IMG/VR virus record: IMGVR_UViG_3300023174_000048
Span: 128,001-192,000 of that record
Origin: a virus
Lineage: Duplodnaviria; Caudoviricetes
DNA: 64,000 nucleotides
Strand: one strand, 5' to 3'
The position numbers and the translations under genes were made by a program. The notes below the pieces were generated by a model, which made no database searches, was not told where the DNA came from, and saw nothing but the letters and a program-made list of their open reading frames with translations. Of the stretch, positions 20,896 to 32,800 are shown piece after piece (position 1 is the first letter of the stretch; every line of letters begins with the position of its first letter).

Positions 20896-23800
20896 TTAGG
20901 TTCTCATTGGGCGATTGTTTGCGGCTGAGTTTAAATTGCCTTCAAATTGGGTTCTATCGTATTTAGCTACTGTATTTTGACTTGTAATAGCTCCAGCATA
21001 ATGACCAGCACTTTCTCCAGCACTTTTTCCAGCAGCAGAAGCGTGGTTTTGTACAGAGCCTACGTCTAATCTAACCGATTGTGTACCATTTATTTCTGCT
21101 GTTAATGATGTTGGTATTTGACTAGCAGTCTCTGACCAAGTATTTGCTGAACTAGCAATTGTTTGTGAGGCACTAGAGAATGTTTGGCCGAAATTGTTTA
21201 ATGTTTCAGTACTGCTTTGTATCATTTGACTATATGTTTCCATTCCTGATTCGAGTGCGGTGCTTAGTTGGTTCATAGCCTGTCCTACTGCAGCGCTAAT
21301 ACTAGACGATATATCATTAGATACACCACTACTACCACTACTGCCGCCACTACCTCCACTAACTAATCCAGCCTCAGCATAATATTTGGGCGCAACTATT
21401 CCACCATTGGCCAAATAGTTAACAATTCCACCTCTATTGAAATGGCCACTATTTATAGCATTAAGAAGAGGCATATGTTGCTGACTAGACTCTCTGTTAA
21501 CAACAAACTCTCCAGGAGTTAGCATGGCTGGTACAGTATCTGTTCCCTGAGATAATGATGGAACTAATGCTCCATTATTAGCATATACCAAGCCGCCAGA
21601 AGCATACATCATTCTACCACCAGCAGGCTTAGGAACATTCTGTATTTGTCTTTCTCTTTCTGCTTTTTTATATTCTTGTGACTGAGTGTAGTGGTCAGGA
21701 ATAAGTCCTTGCGCCCCTAACTCTTGTGTTCTCTGTTCTATTCTTTTTGATTCTGCTGCATTATCGGCCATTTGTCTGGTTGTGGATTCTGTTTCTACAA
21801 CTAATTGTGCTGCTGCTCTTCCAGGACTAAACATGTTCTCGCCAAAATTTTGAGCATACCCTTGCTGTCTTTGTCTATCATTTTCTTTAGCATAGTCTTC
21901 TGCTGTTTTTTCTCCGCTCATTATTGCTGCTGCTTCGGATGCGTAACTGCCAGCAGCATAACCTCCATAAGCAGCAACGGCGCCAATGCCTGTTGCGGCA
22001 GCAGGACTTGAGGTTCCTAGTCCAAAAACTTTTGCTCCATGACCAACAGAGTGTGCTGTGTGTCGTGCTTCTCCGATCATATCAATTCCTTCTCCAACCA
22101 ATGTTGCTGTGTGTCCTGTACCAAAATGGGCATCAAGATTAGATCCCATTGTTCTCATATTTAATGGATTTCTTCCTCTGGTAGCAACAGCGGACAATCC
22201 TGTAGAAGCAGCATTTCCAGCCAAAGAACTAGTTGTCATACCATGATGACCATGAGAATCATGACTGTCATGATCGTCAACATGACCACCATTACCATAA
22301 TATCTTACTAGTCCACCTTTATTATATCCATGGAATTTCATTAACTTCTTTAAAATTCTTTCTGCTATTTTATTGCCTTTTACTTTTTCGATATTTTCTA
22401 CTAATGTTGTTAGTAGTTCTGATGGATTCTTTTTTATAGCCGATGAGCTGTATCCATTCTTGCTCTTGCCACCACTAATAGAAGATAATCCACTAGGATC
22501 ATCAACAAATTTTTCTATTTCTTTCATTAAGGGCGATTTCTGTAAACTTCTTTTTCCAAAAGGATCTTTTTTACTACCTTTCGTACTTTTTTGAAATAGA
22601 TGACCAAGCTCGTGTTTCACAATACTCTCATCAGCATATTGAGATCCAAAAACTAGTTTTGATTCTGCTGTTGTCATACCAACTTTACTAGAATTTGTTA
22701 CTGGTCTATTTATTCCTTTTATTTGTCTACTAGCATTGATTTTGTCTAGATCAACCGATACGGATTGTGGTGTAGATTTTTCAACAAATTCTGATAAGAA
22801 CTTATTCCTTCGTGCTGGAGTAACATAATCAGCCAAATCACTTGCTAAATTCTCCTGAACTTGTCTGAATGACACCGGGTCTGTAACATTAACTTTTGAT
22901 TTTGTGGCTGTTGTTGGCTTAACTGGTTTAGTTGGAATAGTTGGTTTAGTTGGTTTGGGTTTTACTATAGATGGTCCGGCAACTGTTGTTTTAGCTTTTC
23001 CTAACACGCTTTGGGTCGCTGTGCTATTTGGAACACCTTGATTAACAAGATCTTGAATCTGTTGATATTGTGCTGCTGTTATTTTGGGCTTAACTTGTGG
23101 ACCGGGTGTTGGCATAGTCAAATCAATATTTGATAATTTTTCATCCAATGCTCTGCTTCTTGCTGCTTTAGCTTTGGCCGCTAGTCTACCATAATTACCA
23201 TCATACTCTAATGGATTAATATCGTCTATGCTTCTGATTTTGGTGGGAGCAGACTCTGGGAATGTTACTGGCTTTGCTGGTTTTAAATTCTTATAAGAAG
23301 AAGTAGTGCCTGATCTATTAAGATTTGGTCTTGAATAACTTGGGGCAATACCTCTAACTCCTATAACATCACCCATTTGAGTAGCAACATCTTGAACGCC
23401 CTCAACAAAATTATTAACTGCCCTTCCGGCTCCACGAGCACCAGGAATTCTACCACCCAATCTTCCTGCTCCTCTGGCAGTTGATGTAATAGCTCTATCT
23501 ACTGTTCCAGCAACTCTGCCAACACTAGCAGCACCAGGTATTTTACCAGCAGCCCTACCAACACTAGAAACACCAGGTATTCTACTAGCGACCCTTCCAG
23601 CAGCCCCTGCCATTCGACCGGCAACATTAAATACTGCTCCTTCAGCATTAACTAATGCTCCTGCGCCTTGAGTGCTTCCATACGCAGTAGTTTGAGCAAA
23701 TGCTGTACCAAAGCCAGCCCAACTATCCATACCACCAGCCAGCTCCACATTTCTAGCATCATTACGTTGTAATGCTGTTTGCTCACCAGTTTGTATCGGC

Positions 23801-26800
23801 CCCATACCAGCAACAGCTTGTCCGGCTTCAACAAAACTAGTTGCTCCAGCACCCATAGCCCTTAGTCCAACATCGGCGGCCGCAGAAGTTGCTGCAGAAT
23901 AAGCTCCCTGTTGATTATTTAGTCTGTCGCTGTTTGCCGTAAATGTTCTTGCTCTTATAGCAGCAACATCTTGAGCAGCCGCTATCTCTTGAGGAGATGG
24001 CATTGGTCTGCCATTAGCTCTAGCCTCATCATACATATTTTCGGCTGTTCTGTTTCTTAAATTATTTTCGTCTCCAATTTTAAAAGCTGTATCATCTCCA
24101 GACATAGCATATCCAATACCTCCAACAATAGGAGATGCAACTGTTGCAACTGCTCCGGCAGTTATATTTGCCGCCCCATAAAGGGCGTCTCCAATACCCT
24201 GAGTTACTCCTCCAACATATCCTACTGCTGCCGTAGCAGGATTGCTACTATTTATATATAATGATGCTTGTCTATCTTCTTCGGCTTTTTGCTGTTGTGC
24301 TCTAACCTTTTCTGCCGCACTAACTTGTTGGGCCCCTTCAAATTGTGCTATCGCTTCGCTATTTGCTTGATCCTGTAATAGTTGTTCTGTTGTTGGAACC
24401 TTATAGCTTGCAACAGATTCCTTATAAGGTTTAGGCATATATGATCTTTGTTCATCTCTATATTTGTCTCTTTGCTCTTCTTTAACTTTTCCTTCGGCTA
24501 AGAATTTATTAAATTTATTATCTATTTCTGCTGTTTGAGCATCTTCTTTAGCTTTATTTCTTTCATTGATTACTTGCTGTCTTCTTTGTTTCTTATAAGC
24601 TTCTCTATTTCCTTCATCATCTCTCCATGCTCCTGATTCTAATAGTTGGTTAAATTCAACATCAAATGCTTGTTCTTGAGCTGCTATTTGTGCTCTTTTT
24701 TCTATTCCTATTTTTGTGCTAGTAATAGCACTATCTGCTTCTCTCTTTTTCTTCGTGTCGCTTGAAGTTGTAGCCGTTTGAATTGAAGAAGATAATCCTG
24801 GACTAGCAGTTATTCTATAAACATTTTGTGTTTCTGCTTTTGCTCGTATTTTTGGATCATTACTATATTCTAATGGATCTGTAGCGCCAACAGATTGATA
24901 AGAATTTATTTGACTATTCGGCATAAACAACTGATTTGGATATTTTATCATTGTCTCAGTCGCTAGTACATTCGATGGTGATCCAAGAGGAAAGTTAAAC
25001 CAATCTCTGCGTGAGCTTTCTCTATCTCTAGTTGTTTTTTGAGACTCAAACCTTGGGGTATTAGGATCTCCTCCATATGTATAATTTGTTCCAGCAACAT
25101 AATCTCCAGGCAACGATACTCTAGGACTTGGAACCATTGGACCAATATTAACGCCTAATCTTCCATCCTGATTTTTAATTTCTGGTGTTCTCAAATTAAC
25201 AGAAGTATTAGTCTGGGTTGCTTGTTGAGTTTGCTGTGCCTCATAAGCTCTATTATCGGCTATGCGATTAACCATTCCTTCTAAAGGATTTCTTGTTTGG
25301 TATTTTGGATCATTTGGATCTGGCTTTTGTAAAACCTTATTGGTAGTATAAGATGCTAATCCTGTTTGAACACCAGAAGAGACCGCAGGATCAGTTATAT
25401 CAGGTCTTGCAGTAGTATACTGCTGTCTAATTCCTGATTCGATTGCGGCATTTTGTTGGGCAGCCTGTTGCTCATTGCTTGGTCTTGAGTAGCCTTCATT
25501 TATTCTAGAGGCCGTTGCTGGATCAAGACCGCTAGGATTTACTGCGTTGCTAGTTATTGGAGGCAACGCAGCACTAAATGATAGAGCACGTAAACTTCCT
25601 CTATTTCTACGATCAGAACCTAACTCTTTTAGGGCTGATCTTTCTTCTGGTGTTATCTCATTAGACTGAGCACCTTTACGATAAGCACTATTTACTAAAG
25701 AAGAAATATTACGATCTTTTTCTACAGTATATGGACCGACCTCTCTTTTTATTTGATTAGATTTCAATGTTGCATATTCTGTTTCTTCTTCTGGACTTCT
25801 TCCTTTGCTTCCTTTCATCCACAATGATCGTCTTCGTGAGTCTTCAGATTTGATTTTTTTCTTCTCGTCAATAGCTTCTTGAGTTGGTCTAATTTTTGTT
25901 GTTGTTCCTCTGCCCCACGGAATAACATCTGCTCTTACTAAAGGAACCGGTAATGATGGTTGTATTACTGGTTGTGAAAATTCTTGTGGAGACAGCGACG
26001 TTTGAGCTATTGGAGTATTTAATGCTGCTGTTTCAGCATCGCGTGCTTTTTCAAATCTTTCTGTAGCTCTTTTCTTTTCTTCGTTAAAAAAATTAGCACC
26101 AACAATAGCAGAATTAGGATCCTCCTTTATGCTACCATATCCTGCATCGTTAGCGCTTCTGAGCTGTGCATCGTTTTCTTTATTATTATAATTATCCCAT
26201 CTATTTTGAAATTCTGGTTCATATTTTTTGGCTTCTGATTGTCTTTCATCTTCTGTCATCCCCATCCATCTACCATCGCCTACCTGAGATTGTGCCCAGC
26301 TAGATGATGTTCTAGAAACTACCTCATCAGGTCTTCCTCCAGTTGCTTCTGACATCATCCATGATTCTTTTTGAGCATCTATTCTTTCTTCTTTTCTTTT
26401 TTGTACTTCGCCACCCTGTGCTAAATAAACCACTCCGCCCTTACTATAATTTCCACTATTAATAGCTTTCAATAATGGCAAGTGTTCTGAGGTTGATCTT
26501 GCATTAATCACAAACTCGCCCGGAGTTAACATAGCAGGAACAGTATCAGTTCCTTGTGGTTGGAAATTTACTAATTGACCTTCACTAGCATAAATTAATC
26601 CTCCGCGAGCCTTCGGAGGAGCAACTGGGGCGGCAACTCCGATATTTAATGGAACTTTAGCTCCGCCAGGAGCATTAATTCTACCTTCATTCATATCATT
26701 ATTAAGCATACTAGCTTCAACAGTTGTTCTAAGATCATCTATACTAACCTTAAGGTTGGCATTTGCTGATACTAGAGCCTGCTGAGATTCTAATAAAGCC

Positions 26801-29800
26801 AACTCTCCTTGTGCCTTAGTAGCATCAGCCTGTAATCCAACAGACTGTAAATATTTGCTAGAAGCTTCTTTCATTGCGGGATCAGCGTTAGGATTTTCCA
26901 TAGCAGCTATTGATTGCTGAACAAGAGGATTATTCATCATTCCACTCTCGATAGCCATACTCTTTGTTAATTGTAATTGTTGTTGTTTAAAATAGTCAGC
27001 AACAGCTTGGTCAGCACTTACCCCAGGCTTTCCTTTACCCTGAGCATATTGATTTCTAATATTTAATTCTTGAGCAGCTCTTACTCCAGGATCTTGTGAT
27101 AGGGCCAGTGTTTCTTTTCTTTGATTGGCTAATACTGTATTACCAGCCTTAGTAGCTTCTCTTACACTTCCTGTTTCTCTTAATGTTTGATTAAATGCTT
27201 TGCGAGCATCTCTTTGATTACTAGCACCATTTAATCCTCCAGAAAGATTTCTTTGAAGTCTTATAAATGTTTTATTAAGTTTATCAGCTTCTTCTGGAGT
27301 ATTTGTTAGTAATGTATTAACAAAACTTTCTCTATTCTTCTGAAGATCTCTAACATTCTTTAAATCATCAAATGCTTTTTCTACTAATTCTGTGCTACTT
27401 GCTAATGTGTCTAAAGCTTCTCTTGTATCTCTTAATTGATCGTCTAATGATCTTAGTTGTATAGCAGATTTTTTAAGTTCATCAGGATCGCTCATGCCCT
27501 GTCTTTTTTCTTCTACTGCTGTTCTTTGTGCTTGTAAGTCAACAATTCTATTTTTAATTCCACCAACAGAGGTTTCTCCGCCAGCTAATCCGGCCACATC
27601 ACCCATAACTCTTGCTTGTTTCTCATCATAAGTTTCACCAACGCCCGTCATAACCTCTCTAAGATTCATATCTCCTTGAGCTCTGATATCTCTAGCTTTC
27701 TTAAAATAGTTCTGAGCATCTTTTGCTGCTTTACTAGCATCTCTAAGACCTTCGGAGAAATCGGCTAATGCCCCTTGTTTAAACGATGATAATGCTTTTA
27801 CTGCTTCAAGCGTTTTAACTCCAAAGGCCCCAAGAATATTATCGGCATCTCCTAATCCTTCTCTAAAAGCGTCTAATTCTGCTTGAGGCGTATCATTTTT
27901 TTTCTTAGCTTCTTCTGCTAAATTATTTATTCTTGTTTCTGCTTGTTTTTTAAGGCTTGTCTTTTGTTCATCTGATAAGTTTGTTTTATCTATTTGTTCA
28001 TTAGTAGTTTTAATAGCCTCTGTTTTGGCTTCTTCAACTCCCAAGCTTCCCTTGGTACTTAATTTTTCTGCTATGCTTTTTGTTATAGCATTTGGTAATT
28101 GTTGTTGTAGTTGTGCTCCGCCTATTAACTGGTTCCTAGTTTTTTCATCAACTCCTGCTGTTGCAGACTGTAAGGCTTGATTAAAATCTTTTTCAGAATA
28201 AGCATTTGGATTTTCAAGAACATTTAATTCTCTTAACTTTGGACCATTATCTTCTGATTGTCCTCTTAATGCTGATCTGCTTTTTTCTGCCGATGATTTT
28301 CTAACATCAGATTCGAATTTAATTCTATTAACAGATTCACTAATAATATTTGATAATTTTTCAAAACTAGCTGCTAGTTTTCTGCCAGCTTTGTCTGCAG
28401 CCTCTAAAGCATCAGACATTTGTTTTGTTTTTATTGCAGATTGAACCTGAACATTTGTCAGTATTTTTTGATTAGCAACTTCATCTAATATTGCATCTTG
28501 TTTTTCTTTAGAAACCTTCTCATACCCACCTTCTTCCATAATTCTTGCTCTAACCGTTTTAAGAGCATCTTCATCTGCTAATACTAATGCTCTTCTAGCC
28601 CCAATTAATTCTTTATCTGCTTGTATAGATTCTACACTAGCTCCAGTATTAATTTTTTGTGATATTAAAGCAAATGCTTTGTCTCCACTATCAGCATTTC
28701 TTTCAGCTATCTTGCTATCTAATTCATTAAAATCTTGAGTATCCATCTTTGGCTTTTCTGCTCCGGATAGAAACTCTGTCCATGTTCTAGTTTTACCCTT
28801 TTCATTTTGTGCAACCTTAGTCTCAGCAGAAACAGCTTTTAGAGATGATTCTGAGGATCTAACAAGAGCCTTATCTAAAGCCTTTTGTAGATCTATATTA
28901 CCAAGATCTTTCTCAAAATCCTTGAAAGCCTTAGCCAAATCTTTTTCAGAAGCGGCCACTTCTTCAAATCGTAAATTCTTTTCCATCTCTAGAGCAGCAG
29001 TTTCTTGTGCTCCAGTAAAATCGGTAAAATAATCAGTAGCAGCATAGACTACTGTACCTAGTGCTGTTAATCCTCCTAATAGGGGATTTATAGCCATTAA
29101 TTGAGAAGCAGTTGTTAAACCGGTTGCTAGTGTTGATCCGGCCTGTTCAATAGCGGCCCCTTTACCAGCAGCAGCAATCTTTCCTTCGTCTGTGGAAGTA
29201 TCATACATTAGATTTGCAATATTTTTCCCTTGTCCACCAACTAATCCTGCCACCATTCCAACGTCTCCCAAAGCTGTTCCAATTCCTTGGGACATTGTTC
29301 CTGAGAAGTATCTTTCTTGAACAGCTTTTTTAATAGGACTATTTCTAATATCAGTTAAACCACCAGCGCCAACTCCTTTTTCTCCCTGCTCTTTGGCCAT
29401 CTCATTAATCATTTCTCTTCTTTTACTAACTTCTTCCTTAGCAAGAGAGAGTGCTTCTGATGCTGATTTGACTGAGACACCTCTAACAGTTCCAGCATTC
29501 TTATATTCTTCTAATCTCATTGCAATAAGCTGTTTATCCATCTGAGCTAATGTTTTACGATCAGTCATTGACTGAGAAACATAACTTTGAATATCAGCTC
29601 CGCCGATGCCCATTCCTGAAAGTTCTGATCTTTTAATTCCAGTAACTTTTTCTGTGGCTGATGAGAATGCCTGCTCTTTAATCTGTCTTTGTTCTTTTTC
29701 TAATCTTCTATTAGTTCTTCGTTCTAGTTTATCTTTATCTCCTAATAATGATGGATCTTTTTTGATTAAATCTTTTTCTATTTGTGATTTTCTTTGTGCT

Positions 29801-32800
29801 GTAATTAATTTTTCTTTTTTCTCAGCTTCTGTTAAAATGGCTTGCTGGGCACCACCCGAACCAAGAACTTTACCTGTTTTTGATTCTTTTAATCCTGCTT
29901 CTAAAAATTGTCGTTTTGCTACTGCTGTTTTAGCTTGATCTCTAACATTCTTTAATGCTTTTTCTGCTGCTATTATAGTGTCTATTGATGCTCCAGTAAT
30001 CTTGAGTCTTTCAACATCCTTAGTCATTGCCTTTTCAATATCTTTATAAGATATGTCAGCTCCTGCCCCAACTTGTTCAAGAACTTTCTTAAAGCTTATC
30101 ATGCTATAACCAGCTTCTTCAAAACCTTTTGTTAATAGTTTAATATTATTAACTAGTTCTGATGAAGCTTCTATACTTTTACTATCAATAGTTTCTGGTC
30201 TGGTTTTTAATTTTTGAACTGCTGGTTCAGCAAAACCTTTTAATCCTTTCATTATTTCTTCAATACTAAAAACACTACCTCCAGTAGCAAATCTTTGAAT
30301 TACTCCTCCACCAACTACTCCTCCCTTATTATAACCCTGTAATTTATCCGCTTTATTTAATGTCTCTAACTTGCCATATCCTATTTTTTCTGCTGCTTTC
30401 TTATTAACAACAAATTCACCAGGAGTTAATAATGCAGGAACAGTGTCCTTTGATGATATTCCTGCTTGTCCTCCTTGAGCAAAGGTCTCGATATTGGTTG
30501 GCTTCAAGGGAGATGATCCAACATATTTTAATGCTAATCCTAGTGGTTTTTCAAAAAGTTTGGATTCAAAAGAATTTACTAATTCGGGATCTCCAGATTG
30601 TATTCTGGACATAAGCTGACCCAATAAAGCCCCTTCTCTTACATCTCCTTCACTTCCGGCATAAATAGATTTTCTTGATCCTCCAGGCAAGGTAAACTCT
30701 GTTCCGTCTTCGGACTTTAATGTTTGAGATCCTTCTTGAACACGTACTCCAACCGACATCATCCCAGCGTCTGGATTTTTATCAAACTTACCTTTTAATC
30801 CGGTTTGATTTTCAGTAGGAGCATATTTATCTTTAAGAGTATCGTAATTATCATGCATCCATTGTACCACTAGTCCTTTTTGTAATTCATAATCTAAATC
30901 ATAAGTTTTTGGATCTAAAGTTTCATCAAAACTTAATACCATTGGTTTTCCTGATCTATCTCCTTGAGCAACAGTGAAGTTGCTTCCTCCATTAACTCTC
31001 ATCTTAGCTTGTTGTTCTGCTTTATTCTTTTCTGTATATAAGTAGAATCCTTCTCCTTGACCATATCCTTTAGCAATATTAGAAAGGGCACCTTTTTCTT
31101 TAAAGCTCTTTAAAACACTATCATCAACTCCGGTATTGCTTCCGTGATATAGTTTAACTTGTCCTCCAGTAGCATATCCTCTATTTTTTCTCCACATTTT
31201 TTCATCATTAGTTTTGGTCTCAAACTCTTTTGGCTTGCGACCTTGTTTTTCCATAGCCTCTTGTATTCTTTTTTGTTTATTAGCCTGGGCAAGTTCATAT
31301 CTTTCTTGTTCTGGTGATGTTTTTTTAGATGGTATTAGTCCAAATCTTTTGTTTATCTCCCAGTCTGGAATAGCATAGTCTTTATATCTATTATCTAATC
31401 GTTCTTCTAATTTTGCTGTGAGTTCTTCTTGGCTCATGCCCAAAGTCTTTGCTCGTGCGGCAATATCGGGTGGGGAATATGATCCTCTTACCCAGCCACC
31501 CTCGGAAAGCATTTGTATGTCTTCTTTGACGGGTTCTGGAATTCCATATTGTTGTCTAAAATGTTTTTGGAATTCTTCAACAGCCTTGCCTCTACTATTA
31601 CTATCTATTGTTCTTTTAACTTCTGTTGGAATATCAGGATCGATACCAAATATTTTTGCTGCTTTAGATCCGATGCCCATTGGAAAGTCAATCGGACGAG
31701 TTCTTAAAGCATCGTCTAATATTGTAGCATCTGCTGATCCAAAAATTTGTTCTAGTAAAGCGCCTTCAATATTACCCTGACCTAATGTTTCTCTTTGTTT
31801 TTTAGTTAATTTCTTTGGAGATATTCCAAGAAGTTTGGCTGCTCCGCCTACAATTTCTTCTGTTTGACCACTAAGATAATCAATTACATTTTGATATTGA
31901 TTTGGTAATCCTCTCTGAACTATTGAAGCATCTATTGATCTTTCTTGTCCAGACGAATCAACTCCAAGATTCCAAGTTTCTGGCCCTAATAATCCAGTAT
32001 ATCCCAATGGATTTAATCCAACTAGTCCTAATTGTTTTGACGATAATACAGCGCTAGTTGTTTCTGCTAGTGACGTGGCCTTTTGAGTTCCTTGTGATTC
32101 ATTAAATTTGTCTATTAGATAGTCTCTTGTTGCAATATAGTAAGCGAGCTTGTCTGCTTTTGTTTCTGGTCTAAATGCAGAATTCCAGTATTTTAATTTT
32201 CCTCCTTCGGCGGTATCTCTTACTGTTTTTCCTGAGAATGGACCAAAACTTGCGTCATTTGGTAATCTGTCTGTTCCAAATCTTTTTAATATCTCTGTTC
32301 CTTGTGCTGGTAATATCCCAGAAGACTTCTTGACCTGAGTAGCCTTTTCTACATTTTTTAGTATTGCTTCTTGTAGTCCAGAAGGCATTGCTGTTGGCAC
32401 CCCACTAAATTCACCGGCCATGCCTTCAGACAATTGGGCCGATATGACATCTTTAGATAAGTCGGATGGCTGTGCTGATACTGATGCTCTGCGTGATGGA
32501 TCTAATCCATAAGCATCTGGATATTTAGCAGATAATAAGGAGATTATATTGTGTGCTCTGTAGCCCAAAAGACTGGAACTCAATTCGTCTCTTTTCTCTC
32601 TCATAGCTTCAATTTGGGCTACTACATCTGGAGCATTGTCTCTTACCCTTTGAGTAATATTTTTGCCGTATGGGCCTCCTGGAGCTTCTGCTAACATTTT
32701 TTGAATTTCAGCATTTGTTTGAGCTTTTTGATTTGCTCCATATTTTGTTATTTCTTCAATAAGCATAGGAACCATCACGCTGCGATTTCTTAGCTGTGCT

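Noticed and set aside
23652-31298. Short alternative-frame minus-strand ORFs inside the TMP (23652..23852, 24963..25145, 31110..31298), and 52520..52702 and 60126..60347 inside fibre genes
   Set aside because: Near the 60-aa cutoff, Leu-rich off-frame composition, no RBS noticed; no evidence for overprinting.
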